DNA of 64,000 nucleotides from a virus. Its lineage: Duplodnaviria > Caudoviricetes. Location: the IMG/VR virus record IMGVR_UViG_3300032007_001727; one strand, given 5' to 3'. The position numbers were made by a program, and so were the translations under genes. Shown here piece by piece: positions 48,744 through 58,606 of the stretch (position 1 is the first letter of the stretch; each line of letters opens with the position of its first letter). The notes under the pieces are model-generated. The model saw nothing but the letters and a program-made list of their open reading frames with translations, was not told where the DNA came from and ran no database searches.

Positions 48744-49841
48744 ATGAATAAAACGATTCTTAATTATATTAACAAGTGTGAGGGATGGAAGAGAAACATA
48801 AAGGGACTCCATTGGAATTCAAAGAATCTCTCACAACATAAGTTATGTGATGATATTGCTGATGCAATATCTGAATTCGAGGACTTGGTTTCCGAGATTG
48901 AACAATCTATCAGTGGTAAGTTGAATACAAATGCGTTTTCACCCACAAAGAGCAAGGAGACATCCTTGAAGGCATTTGTTGAGGGTGTCATTTCCGATAG
49001 TCAGAGATTCTTGAAGAAACTCGATAAGATGGGAAAGGAGTATGTGGGTATCAAGAGCGAGTGTGAGACGTTCATAGGTACAATGCAGAGAAATCTCTAT
49101 CTTGTTAACTTCACGCTCAAGGAAGACCTCAAGAGAAGGCTTAGGAACGAGTTGAATGAGTCTAAGAAGGGGGGAATAAGGGTGTCCGAGGCCGAACTGA
49201 AGGGAATCTTGCATGAAAGTGTTGCAAAGGCTTTGCGGAATATCATGGAAATGAACGAACTGTATTCTGATTGGTATGACGAGGAGGACTATTCCGGTAA
49301 CATTGGTGAAGAGGGAATGGTTAGGTCGTATGATATTGGTGGGTATTACGTTGACCAAGCCGAGGAGGATGCCATGGAGAATGGATACGGTGACGATGTT
49401 GCGGGTTATCTTGAATATTGGTTCGGCGAGATTCAGCCGGACTGTCCTTGGTATTGGCAGAAGGTCGGAAGCGGATACGGATATAACGGAAAAACGCTTT
49501 TCTCAAACGACGGAATCGTATGCAAGGACATATTCGGGCAGATAATGGTTGATGAGTATCCGATTGGTGACGCTAGGAGGGGACAGAGAGCCGAGAGCAA
49601 GGAGGCCATGAAACTGACCGAATCCGAATTGGGGGAAATAATTCAAGATGCCGTGATTAGCCTAGTAAGGGAAAAAATAGAAATCGACCCGGAGAACAAG
49701 GGAAAGTTTACTAAGACGCAGAAAAAGACCGGTAAGTCAACTGAGGAACTGTGTCACTCCAAAAATCCTCTGACTAGGAAAAGAGCAAACTTCGCAAAGA
49801 TGGCCAAGCGAAATTGGAAACCTCTTAATAAGAAAAATTAA
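48744..49841 (+). CDS. Ferritin/Dps-like (DUF5856-like) multidomain late protein
   Basis: LHWNS...HKLCD helix bundle; internal SEAELKGILHESV and LTESELGEII motifs; basic C-terminal domain. Confidence 0.6.
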   Translation: MNKTILNYINKCEGWKRNIKGLHWNSKNLSQHKLCDDIADAISEFEDLVSEIEQSISGKLNTNAFSPTKSKETSLKAFVEGVISDSQRFLKKLDKMGKEYVGIKSECETFIGTMQRNLYLVNFTLKEDLKRRLRNELNESKKGGIRVSEAELKGILHESVAKALRNIMEMNELYSDWYDEEDYSGNIGEEGMVRSYDIGGYYVDQAEEDAMENGYGDDVAGYLEYWFGEIQPDCPWYWQKVGSGYGYNGKTLFSNDGIVCKDIFGQIMVDEYPIGDARRGQRAESKEAMKLTESELGEIIQDAVISLVREKIEIDPENKGKFTKTQKKTGKSTEELCHSKNPLTRKRANFAKMAKRNWKPLNKKN

Positions 49842-50024
49842 AAACAAATAAGAGTTGAGGTGATTCCTCAACTCTTTCTTTTTATCGTTTCTATTGTATT
49901 TCTTTCTGTTCTTGTGAACTTTTGTGACAGATACGAAGTGTCCTCCGCCGTTCCTTTCGAAAGAATCGGCCCTTGAAATGAATCTGATGATGTCAGATTG
50001 TTTGTTTGACTTTGGAATTTTCAT
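49737..50024 (-). CDS. Small basic hypothetical protein
   Basis: KVHKNRKKYNR; ATGA overlap with the upstream gene. Confidence 0.5.
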   Translation of the reverse strand: MKIPKSNKQSDIIRFISRADSFERNGGGHFVSVTKVHKNRKKYNRNDKKKELRNHLNSYLFLIFLIKRFPISLGHLCEVCSFPSQRIFGVTQFLS

Positions 50025-50770
50025 ACTCTTTCTAGTTTTCCGTCAGTTATCAAGAATGGTGCCCTGCAATCGATGCAAGCCCATTTATCCGTTATTACCG
50101 GCGAGTCGACCAATTGTGTGTGGCCGAATATCTGATAATCATATCCGTCCACAATTGAATCCTCGTTTATAACATAATTATCTATTCCGGACTTTTCCAA
50201 GTCAAGTTTTTCTCTGATGTCTGACCATAATATCGAGCCGGTGTCATATCCTATGTATGTCCGGTATTTTGAAATGTCGGACAATGATGTTACACCGTCC
50301 CTAGACGTGATTAACCTATTTAGGTTATCGGCATTTAGTTCACCTATTATGGCTTTATTCCTTTCGTACCAAGAACGCATTACACCGGCGTGGGTGAAGA
50401 GATATTTCCTATTGTCTATGGTTTCCTCATGTGCCAACTTGAAGAGATTTCTGTTTGTTGTGTATATATCCCTATAGGTATATGCATTGCTAGAGGAATA
50501 TCTAGTTGACCTTGGGAATGAGTCAAATATATAATGAAGGCAATGGTTGCCCAACAATAGGACAACCTTGTCTGCATTATCGAGTTTGAACTTTACTATT
50601 TCCTTAAAATTATTAAGTTCATCCTTCCTTGATATACCCTCGTCCTCATATCTGTCGACGTAGTCACCTAGGAATATAATCTTGCCTACATCGTTTCCGT
50701 GTGCCGCAACACCGTCCTTCCAAAACGTCCTTCCGTGGATGTCCGGAATTACCATCAGTCCTCTACCCAT
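50021..50770 (-). CDS. Metallophosphoesterase
   Basis: PDIHG, LGDYVDR, LGNH, THAG, FGHT. Confidence 0.9.
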   Translation of the reverse strand: MGRGLMVIPDIHGRTFWKDGVAAHGNDVGKIIFLGDYVDRYEDEGISRKDELNNFKEIVKFKLDNADKVVLLLGNHCLHYIFDSFPRSTRYSSSNAYTYRDIYTTNRNLFKLAHEETIDNRKYLFTHAGVMRSWYERNKAIIGELNADNLNRLITSRDGVTSLSDISKYRTYIGYDTGSILWSDIREKLDLEKSGIDNYVINEDSIVDGYDYQIFGHTQLVDSPVITDKWACIDCRAPFLITDGKLERV

Positions 50771-51402
50771 ATCTTCAAGTTATCGTTTCTTTCAATCTGT
50801 TCCTTTATTCTAGCGTCCAATTCATGCCAAGATATTGGCGTGAAATCGTTGAAGTCCACACCAACGTCATACTGTGTAGGGAAGAGCATGTTGAAGCACC
50901 GCTCACAGTCACGACCGGTATTCCTATGACGGACATTGGACAAATGAACGTGTCCGTGCAGTTGATATACAAGCGCGTTTTTGTCTCTGAAAGTTCCACT
51001 GTAGCACAAGAACGGGAAGTGGTTGAGATAGACTTTCCTGCCCTCTATTTCTATTAGCATCTGATGGGATGAGAATTCAAAGAGACGGTTATATTGCTCT
51101 TCCGTCTGAGGACCGTTCTTTCTGTCGTGGTTGCCCCTAATGAAAATTGTCTTGCCGTTTAGTCGCTCGAGAACATCCTTGTATGGCTTGAATCCTCCCC
51201 AAGCGAAATCACCCAAGTTAAAGACAATACCGTCTTCCGGAACCTTGTTGTTGTAGTTCTCAATCAAGGCTTCGTTCATTTCTTGCACATCCTTAAACGG
51301 CCTCTTGCAGAATTTAAGGATATTCTCATGGTTGAAATGTAAGTCGGACGTGAAGAATATCTTTGAACCGTCTTCGTATTTAAAATTTACTCTCGTTGAC
51401 AT
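50755..51402 (-). CDS. Calcineurin-like phosphoesterase
   Basis: SDLHF.H, LGDF, RGNHD, HGHVH, DVGVD. Confidence 0.9.
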   Translation of the reverse strand: MSTRVNFKYEDGSKIFFTSDLHFNHENILKFCKRPFKDVQEMNEALIENYNNKVPEDGIVFNLGDFAWGGFKPYKDVLERLNGKTIFIRGNHDRKNGPQTEEQYNRLFEFSSHQMLIEIEGRKVYLNHFPFLCYSGTFRDKNALVYQLHGHVHLSNVRHRNTGRDCERCFNMLFPTQYDVGVDFNDFTPISWHELDARIKEQIERNDNLKIWVED

Positions 51403-51413
51403 AATTTATTTTT

Positions 51414-52280
51414 TTAAATGTATTTTTTCAAATCTTCAATAACCAATGGATTTTCCACCAATTCCAATGTGTCATCCTTGTATTTTATGAAAACACTCTT
51501 GTCTTGGTTCATCCTAATTGATTCAATTTTGTCTTTCGATATATCCATTGGGATATATGTGAACAACGACGGATGCAAAAGCAAGACATCTTGCATCGAC
51601 AATGGCTTGAAGGTGTTATCAGAACTAGATTCCAAAATACGGTTAAACTCAATTTCCCTTATTTTGCAAGACTTGGAATAATTTCTGACAAACGTCTCCC
51701 ACTTGAATAAGAGTTCTTGCAATGAAGAATCGTTCACGATAACTTTGTTCCCGCAATCATGCCAAGATATTGATGTTTCGGATTCATGATTGGAAATGTT
51801 ATCCAATGTGGTTCTTGTGACGAACCAACAATCGCCGCCGATTGATTCAATCATTTTCTTTTCATTCTGAAACCTCACATCGTCAAACACATAATCCGTG
51901 TTGAAATCCAACATTTCGTAAATCTTATTGACGTGCCAATCACTATTGTAGGACCGGATATAATCGGTACCTATAAATTGCAGCATTTCCCTAACGGTAT
52001 GTAGGGTTCTGCCATTGCACAATCCAAGTGTTATGTCTATGGGTATATCCGTTTTATCTGACAGTATTTTACAAATATTCTCGTCAACCGTGAAATCTAT
52101 CGCGGAATTGTCATTCTTAATCCTATTGAGTTCATCAACCGATATTTTTAGAATATCCGCACATAACTGTTTTAACGGTAAGGCAAAATATAGTTTCTTA
52201 TAGCCGTATTTCTCACATACCTTGGCCAATTCACTTTTTCCGGCCCGGCATCTTCCGCAAAATGAAATTATCTTGGACAT
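51414..52280 (-). CDS. Deoxynucleoside monophosphate kinase
   Basis: G....GKS P-loop, FALPLK, R..LQFIGT, DVRFQNE, HESE. Confidence 0.85.
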   Translation of the reverse strand: MSKIISFCGRCRAGKSELAKVCEKYGYKKLYFALPLKQLCADILKISVDELNRIKNDNSAIDFTVDENICKILSDKTDIPIDITLGLCNGRTLHTVREMLQFIGTDYIRSYNSDWHVNKIYEMLDFNTDYVFDDVRFQNEKKMIESIGGDCWFVTRTTLDNISNHESETSISWHDCGNKVIVNDSSLQELLFKWETFVRNYSKSCKIREIEFNRILESSSDNTFKPLSMQDVLLLHPSLFTYIPMDISKDKIESIRMNQDKSVFIKYKDDTLELVENPLVIEDLKKYI

Positions 52281-52288
52281 TTATATCC

Positions 52289-52570
52289 TTATTTTAAGGC
52301 ATCATTTATTATGTTAATAAAATTGTTCTCCGGGACGTTTCCGACAATTTTGGTTACGACTTCATCATTATCATCCAATAATATGATGGTTGGAACAGAC
52401 CTAACTTGGTACTTCTCAGCCATTTCTCCGCCTTCATCTTCATCCACGTCCAATTCCTTGAATTCAATGTCTTTATATTCCTCATTTTCCTGCACCTTTT
52501 CGAATGTCTTTGAAAATGCCTTGCATGGGCCACACCACTGCGCCCCCAATTTAATAATCTTCTTAAGCAT
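52289..52570 (-). CDS. trx: Thioredoxin
   Basis: WCGPC and VRSVPT. Confidence 0.93.
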   Translation of the reverse strand: MLKKIIKLGAQWCGPCKAFSKTFEKVQENEEYKDIEFKELDVDEDEGGEMAEKYQVRSVPTIILLDDNDEVVTKIVGNVPENNFINIINDALK

Positions 52571-52586
52571 AATTTTTAATTTTTTT

Positions 52587-54380
52587 TTATAATTTTATTT
52601 TTTTGTGTTTTTTAAGAACATCAGAGAATGAGTTTATGCTCCTTTTTCCTCTTGTTGCCTCCATTTGAACACTTTTATTTGTAAGTTTATTCTTATCTAT
52701 CTTTTTTGCCTTGCTTATAATTTGTTTTGCGTTGTCTTTATTAAGTATTAACTTGGTCGGCTTTCTAAGAATCAAATTAACCTTCCTCTCAATATTTTTG
52801 AGTATGGACAAATTAAGAGTGTTTGAAAAGTCAAAATCCTTAAACAACGACTCATCAACAAATCCTAGCACGTTCTTCGGTCTTGTGTATGCCACATACA
52901 TAAGATTATATTCTTGGCGTATCTCCCAATCCTTTGATGCCGACTTGCTAGGCATTAGGGAGTCGCACAGAATAAAGACACGGTCTGCTTCAAGTCCTTT
53001 TGCCTTATGTATTGTAGATAGGGCGATACCTTCACTTTTACTTGATGACTTGAATATTTTGTCAATCCTTTCAATGACTTCATCAGCGCTTGTCATACCC
53101 TCAGACAGAATCTCGATTGCCTTTATAATATCTATCTTATTCTGTATCTGAGAATTTTTCATCGCCGTGATTTCATCAATTCCATATTTGCTCATTATCT
53201 TGTTTCTTGTCGTGAACAAGTCTTCATATAATCTTACAAACACGCCATCGTTATTGCAATCGACATTAAGAAGTGGTTGTGCGGTTGACCTAATTAGGGA
53301 CTTAAGGTTGGAGCCAATGTCCTTTCCCCTTATATAAGCCTTTTTGTCTAACTTCAACAATAAATTGTAGGCTTGTACGAGTGGCGCATTGTTTCTGCAC
53401 AATACCATGTCACCCTCCTTTATGTCCTCAAGTCTGACATTCGGTATAATAGTGCCGTCACGGCCGTCATCATTTGATTCAATTGACGGTACAATCTTTT
53501 TTGCAAAATCAACTATCTTTGAGGCACATCTGTATGATATGCTCAACGGGAGACATATTGTGTTCTCCATCGACTTCAATGCCTTGAAGGATTCATAGTC
53601 AGACCCTGCAAATCCGTATATGGCTTGTTTTTCGTCACCGACACTAATCATCCTAGTGTTTTCATTGAAACATCTGAGAACCAATTCCCTTTCGGCCACG
53701 TTCATATCTTGGCACTCATCAACGAATATATAGTCATATGTTTCATATACCGGCTTCAAGTCCAATACATTCGGTAACCAAATCATATCAATGAAATCAA
53801 TATTATCGAGGTCATTCTTGCCCAATTCCATAGCCTTGATGGCAAATTCCTTTTCATCTGCCATTGTATCTATTTCATATCTTTCTTCTATGAAATCCAA
53901 GTCACTGACTTTATGACATAGATAATGCCTACCGTAGTTGACATATTTTATTATATTGTCAATATATTTAAAATACCTCTTACCTCTTAAGACATATGTG
54001 TTGATTGATGATAATTCTGAAACATTGTCCTTAATCAGTGTCTGATACTTAAAGTCTTGGATTGATAACATTTTCTGCGGGAAATTATTCTTTAAGAAAG
54101 AATATCCTAGGCTGTGAAGTGTCGACACATTAACGTTATCAAATTCCTTTGTTCTTTTTTTTAGTTCTGTTACTATATCTTTATTAAATGCGGACAAGAG
54201 TATTCTTTTTGTCCTTGGAATATATTCGAGGCTTTTTATAATCGTTGTGGTTTTTCCGGCACCGGCACAAGCCTCAATGACCAAATTTCCGTTACCATTC
54301 TGTATGTAATCAAATATGGCTTCTTGATACTTGCTAGGTGTATATTCTTTTTTTACTTCTATTTTTTTCTTTCTTCCCAT
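52587..54380 (-). CDS. UvrD/Rep-family SF1 helicase
   Basis: AGAGKTT, VDECQD, VGDEKQAIYGF, SYRC, TIHKAKGLE, YVAYTR. Confidence 0.93.
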   Translation of the reverse strand: MGRKKKIEVKKEYTPSKYQEAIFDYIQNGNGNLVIEACAGAGKTTTIIKSLEYIPRTKRILLSAFNKDIVTELKKRTKEFDNVNVSTLHSLGYSFLKNNFPQKMLSIQDFKYQTLIKDNVSELSSINTYVLRGKRYFKYIDNIIKYVNYGRHYLCHKVSDLDFIEERYEIDTMADEKEFAIKAMELGKNDLDNIDFIDMIWLPNVLDLKPVYETYDYIFVDECQDMNVAERELVLRCFNENTRMISVGDEKQAIYGFAGSDYESFKALKSMENTICLPLSISYRCASKIVDFAKKIVPSIESNDDGRDGTIIPNVRLEDIKEGDMVLCRNNAPLVQAYNLLLKLDKKAYIRGKDIGSNLKSLIRSTAQPLLNVDCNNDGVFVRLYEDLFTTRNKIMSKYGIDEITAMKNSQIQNKIDIIKAIEILSEGMTSADEVIERIDKIFKSSSKSEGIALSTIHKAKGLEADRVFILCDSLMPSKSASKDWEIRQEYNLMYVAYTRPKNVLGFVDESLFKDFDFSNTLNLSILKNIERKVNLILRKPTKLILNKDNAKQIISKAKKIDKNKLTNKSVQMEATRGKRSINSFSDVLKKHKKIKL

Positions 54381-54483
54381 TATATTTTTGGTTTATTTAA
54401 TGCAAAGATATATAAAAAATATGAAAATAACAAGATATTTATAAAGAAAATAACTTATATTAAAATCTTTAAAAATAATAATT

Positions 54484-55875
54484 ATGAAGTATTTACAAAA
54501 GTTCGCAACTGCCGCTGACTATACGGCATACGTTGCCACGGATTATCCAAAGCCAAACGTAAGTTATGTTTTGGCTGACAGTGTTGTCCATTACAACCCG
54601 GATGTTCCACCCCCCCCCCCATCTTTCTTTGTTAAGTTAACCACACAAGATTACAGCGGTTATACCTTGGTTGGTGAACCAACAGAGGTTGAGTTACAAG
54701 GAAGCGGAGAACTGACACAATGTATGATTCTTCCTTATTTATCTTATGACCATGACCCTGGAACGGGTGATGTTTTCGGCACTTGCATATCATCAATTGT
54801 TTGCGGCGAATTATGCACAAGCATCGGTGACTTGTATAATTCTTGGGAAGGTTCTTGTATTAAATCTGAAGAAGACACGTATAAAATCCAAAACACTTGT
54901 GGTTTACTTCAAACCCTTGTTATTTCAAACAGTGTTTCAAGCATAAGCGGAAGTGCTTTTGATGGGTGTGACGGAATTAGAACTTTATACATTGGAAGTG
55001 GCATAACAAATATCAACCAAGTTTTCGCAATGGGCAACCTTCGTGGGTTATCAGACGTAGAAGTTGATGCTGCCAACACAGTTTATGACTCAAGAAATAA
55101 TTGTCATGCAATCATTGAAACCGCCACAAATACCTTGATAAAGGGTTCTAATGCGACATTTATTCCAAATGGTATTACAAGCATTGGTGAGTATGCTTTC
55201 CCTCATTGTACCGCTTTAACAAGTATGACAATTCCGGACAGTGTCACAAGCATTGGTCAATATGCTTTCGTTGAATGCTATGGTATGACAACTTGTACAA
55301 TTGGTAGTGGTGTTACAAGTATTGCTGATAATGCTTTCCAAAATTGTTCCGGTTTAACAAATGTGACAATACCAAGTGGTGTTACAAGCATTGGTCAATA
55401 TGCTTTTGGTAATTGTTCTAGTTTATCAAGTATAACAATTCCGGACAGTGTTACAAGCATTGGTGATAGTGCTTTCAGTGATTGTTCTGCTATGACAATT
55501 TGCAATATTGGCAGTGGTGTTACAAGTGTTGGTACCTATGCTTTCTATGACTGTTCTAGTTTATCAAGTATAACAATTCCGGACAATGTTACAAGCATTG
55601 GTAACAATGCTTTCAGTGATTGTTCTGCTATGACAATTTGCAATATTGGCAGTGGTGTTACAAGGATTAATGACGGTGCTTTCTATAGATGTTCTAGTTT
55701 ATCAGCAATAACCTCACTTGCAACGACAGCACCAACAATATCAAGTACTACATTCCGGGATATTAAGACCGGTGGTACTCTCTATGTTCCAAAAGGTAGC
55801 AGCGGTTATAACGTTTGGATGAGAACTTACAATTTTTACTTAGGTAAGTATGGTTGGACCAAGGTTGAACAATAA
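54484..55875 (+). CDS. BspA-like LRR protein, phase-ON (C11 tract)
   Basis: LRR_5 repeats; C11 at 54610-54620 is in frame. Confidence 0.93.
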   Translation: MKYLQKFATAADYTAYVATDYPKPNVSYVLADSVVHYNPDVPPPPPSFFVKLTTQDYSGYTLVGEPTEVELQGSGELTQCMILPYLSYDHDPGTGDVFGTCISSIVCGELCTSIGDLYNSWEGSCIKSEEDTYKIQNTCGLLQTLVISNSVSSISGSAFDGCDGIRTLYIGSGITNINQVFAMGNLRGLSDVEVDAANTVYDSRNNCHAIIETATNTLIKGSNATFIPNGITSIGEYAFPHCTALTSMTIPDSVTSIGQYAFVECYGMTTCTIGSGVTSIADNAFQNCSGLTNVTIPSGVTSIGQYAFGNCSSLSSITIPDSVTSIGDSAFSDCSAMTICNIGSGVTSVGTYAFYDCSSLSSITIPDNVTSIGNNAFSDCSAMTICNIGSGVTRINDGAFYRCSSLSAITSLATTAPTISSTTFRDIKTGGTLYVPKGSSGYNVWMRTYNFYLGKYGWTKVEQ

Positions 55876-55888
55876 TGCTTAACAATAA

Positions 55889-55915
55889 AAAGGTGGTCAA
55901 TATCTGACCACCTTT
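55889..55915. terminator. Bidirectional terminator of an LRR cassette
   Basis: Identical to 6100-6126 (reverse complement). Confidence 0.85.
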
Positions 55916-55928
55916 CTTTTTTTTTTAC

Positions 55929-56720
55929 TTATCCTTCAAGTCCGCTGAGGATATTCTTGGCCCAATCACGCAAATGTGGATTGTTTGCAAACGTGTCTTT
56001 CAGACGATTCTTGAAGTCCTTGATTTTCGGGTCGTTCTCGAGTTCCTTCATTCTCTTGTACTCCTTAATCTTCTTGTCCTTTTCGTTCAAGAACTCAATC
56101 AAGTCCATTCTGTCGGATGCTCCCAAATCAATCTCAGAATCCCAAAGTCTCTCCTTGATGATGTCAATCAACTCTTGCGTTGACTTGTTTGCAAACGGTG
56201 ACCTCTGAGCCGGTCCCTCTTCAACCGGAATTTCTCTTTCTTGTGGCGGAGTCATTCTGTTTCTGTTGAACCTTCTCTCAAACTCACCACCATTCATGTG
56301 GTGCATTGGAGCCGGTCTACGTGCCATTCGTGGCGCACGTCCAAACATTGTCTGAAACTCTTCGTCAACAATATCGTCAACGCCATTTGCCGGATTGTTG
56401 CAAGGGGAATCACATTCCTCACCGCACATATGGTGTCTTTCACAATGGGGTGGCATTGCGCCCATCATTTCCTCAATCGGATGGATTTCAAGCGCATTGC
56501 CGGTTCCGATGAGGAGTTTTGCGAATGTGAGGAGTGAAACTGAGTCCATGCGGTCATCGAGAAGCATTCTCAATTCTCTTTCATCAATGCCCAACTCTTC
56601 TGCCAACTCTGAAACCGTTGAATCGGTATCGCTGAGGAGGTTAAGAACTTTTGACTTCATGTCAGTCTTTGCCATGGCTACCCAATCGGTTGCCATCTGT
56701 TGTAAAACTCTCTTGTTCAT
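55929..56720 (-). CDS. Protein with N-terminal HTH-like domain
   Basis: TVSELAEELGIDERELRMLL. Confidence 0.6.
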   Translation of the reverse strand: MNKRVLQQMATDWVAMAKTDMKSKVLNLLSDTDSTVSELAEELGIDERELRMLLDDRMDSVSLLTFAKLLIGTGNALEIHPIEEMMGAMPPHCERHHMCGEECDSPCNNPANGVDDIVDEEFQTMFGRAPRMARRPAPMHHMNGGEFERRFNRNRMTPPQEREIPVEEGPAQRSPFANKSTQELIDIIKERLWDSEIDLGASDRMDLIEFLNEKDKKIKEYKRMKELENDPKIKDFKNRLKDTFANNPHLRDWAKNILSGLEG

Positions 56721-56802
56721 AAGTAATTTAAAATATGTTTCTTTGATTTTTTTGCAAAAGTATATAAAAAATTTGAGATAACAAAATAATTTAACACTTT
56801 TT

Positions 56803-58134
56803 TTACTTTTTATAGCAATTTTTGCGAATATTTATCAGAATATCATTGATGAGGCCAATATCTATTGATTCCTTTATTGTTGAAGTATTTATGGCCTTAT
56901 CCAATTCAACCATATTGGAATTGAGGTTTTCAATTAGTTCATCATATTCGAACTTATGGTTTCTGATGTCCAACAAAAATTCTCTGTCCCAAGTTCTTTC
57001 AACATTCACGCCGTTGCCTTCCGCTATTTCTTTCCCCATATGTATGAGTCTGAAGCAATGCATCATATTCTTGGAATCATAATTCTTATGGAGATTGCTT
57101 TCATATCTCTTCTGATTCCGGTATTTCTCCCAATCCTTATAATTCCTATAATCCACACAATGTTTCTTGTATGCATTTTCATTGAATGATGCATAGCATA
57201 TCGGTTTTTCCCCCTTTGATACGGAAGTTAATTTCAAGGATTGTGATTTGGGGCCGACGCACCCATTATACCGTGTGGGTTTTTTATTTTCATACCATTC
57301 ACCAAGTCTATCTTTGATGTCACCATCATTAATTCCATAGAAATTTATGATAAAATCAACCATATTGCTGATGTATGATTTATTCAATAGGTTCTCATAA
57401 GATTCTTTTTCCTCTGTCGTGGATGCCTTGAGGTCGGAAACTAGTTCATCGGTCTTGAGTTTACCTATGTTATCCAAACCTTCAAATATGTCACCAATGG
57501 TTATGTTCTCTTTTAGGAAGAACGTACCCCAATCGTAATACACGCCATACATATCTTGCATGTTTGGAATTTTAACCAATCCGCAATATTCTTGCTTCAA
57601 TCCCCTATATGACAACCAATTCTCCAATTTCGTGCTTCCTTGATTAAAGAATGTATATGTAAAATCGAGCACCCCTTTTCTTTCAACTCTCTCCTTTTCC
57701 CAATTTATCATCTTGTTCAAGCCTTTCGCCTTTTCAATCTGTGCCCTAGCATACCCGATAAACGGTTTAAAACATTCCTTTGTGATGAATTCCTCCTTGT
57801 TTTCAAACAAAGGTATGATGACATCATTCGGAGGTGTTATAATCTTATATGTTGGAACAAATAGAGCCTCCAATGTATTTGGATTGGATTTTAACAACAT
57901 ACCGAAAAATTTACCAATTTCGTAGAAATTGTTATCGTTCCTATCATCTGAGACAAGGTCTTCATAGAACATGTCCAAACCGTATAGTTTTTCCTTTGGT
58001 ATTATGAAAATACCTTTTGTGTCAATGTCACTGCCATCGACATTTAGGTTATACAAATGGGAACCGGAAATATACGAATAAACCAATTCTCCCTTTTCTT
58101 TCGGAAATTTAAAAGTAAAATTATTGATGTCCAT
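56803..58134 (-). CDS. Predicted nucleotidyltransferase (RlaP/YcgL, T4 NrdC.11-like)
   Basis: GSHLY.L....SDIDTKGIF, NPNTLE.LF, YDSKNMMHCFRL. Confidence 0.85.
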   Translation of the reverse strand: MDINNFTFKFPKEKGELVYSYISGSHLYNLNVDGSDIDTKGIFIIPKEKLYGLDMFYEDLVSDDRNDNNFYEIGKFFGMLLKSNPNTLEALFVPTYKIITPPNDVIIPLFENKEEFITKECFKPFIGYARAQIEKAKGLNKMINWEKERVERKGVLDFTYTFFNQGSTKLENWLSYRGLKQEYCGLVKIPNMQDMYGVYYDWGTFFLKENITIGDIFEGLDNIGKLKTDELVSDLKASTTEEKESYENLLNKSYISNMVDFIINFYGINDGDIKDRLGEWYENKKPTRYNGCVGPKSQSLKLTSVSKGEKPICYASFNENAYKKHCVDYRNYKDWEKYRNQKRYESNLHKNYDSKNMMHCFRLIHMGKEIAEGNGVNVERTWDREFLLDIRNHKFEYDELIENLNSNMVELDKAINTSTIKESIDIGLINDILINIRKNCYKK

Positions 58135-58150
58135 TATGAATAAAAAAATG

Positions 58151-58476
58151 TAGTCCCTAGGAGAGTCGAACTCCTCTTTAGAGAGTCAACTACCCACGAA
58201 CCAAAGATTCGTGGGCTTGCAGAAAACCTTTAGCGGGTTTTGAGCGTTTGGGCAGTTGACGGTGCCCTGCCAACCAAGGCAACAAGTCTTCCGTCAATCG
58301 GAAGAGGTGTCGAGGTTGGGTGTTCTGTAATGTTCACTGACGTGTTCCAATCAGCGTCGAAGACTTCTGATTAGAGAAACTGATACCACTTGCTTGCTTG
58401 CAAGCGTTGCCTTATATGTCAGTATGTGTTTGAACATTATGAAAATCTCTCGTCCTAACCGATAGACGAAGGGACC
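58151..58476 (-). tRNA. tRNA-Glu(UUC) interrupted by a 254-bp insertion at the 3' edge of the anticodon loop
   Basis: 5' half GGTCCCT TC GTCTATCGGTTAGGAC G AGAGA TTTTCAT; 3' half TCTCT AAAG AGGAG TTCGACT CTCCT AGGGACT A. Confidence 0.9.
58185..58438 (-). mobile_element. Non-autonomous IS200/IS605 remnant: tnpB 3' fragment with omegaRNA/right end
   Basis: Fragments MFKHILTYKATLASKQVVSV and VFDADWNTSVNI (RuvC-III-like); ends in the hairpin GCCCACGAATCTTTGGTTCGTGGG-TAGTTGAC; preceded by TTCAT. Confidence 0.82.
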
Positions 58477-58606
58477 AAGAAATTCTTTCCAAATGCCATA
58501 ACTACTGCTCATCTACGTCCGTCCGTTGATTTTGATACTATCTCAAGGTTACAGACTTTACGGCGCTACTATTAACCTTTTTTCGCTTTTTTCTTTGGAA
58601 AGAATA

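Noticed and set aside
58185-58438. Group I intron in the tRNA anticodon
   Set aside because: The insert ends in C rather than an omega-G, no P7 core is recognisable, and it has tnpB coding remnants and an IS605-type end.
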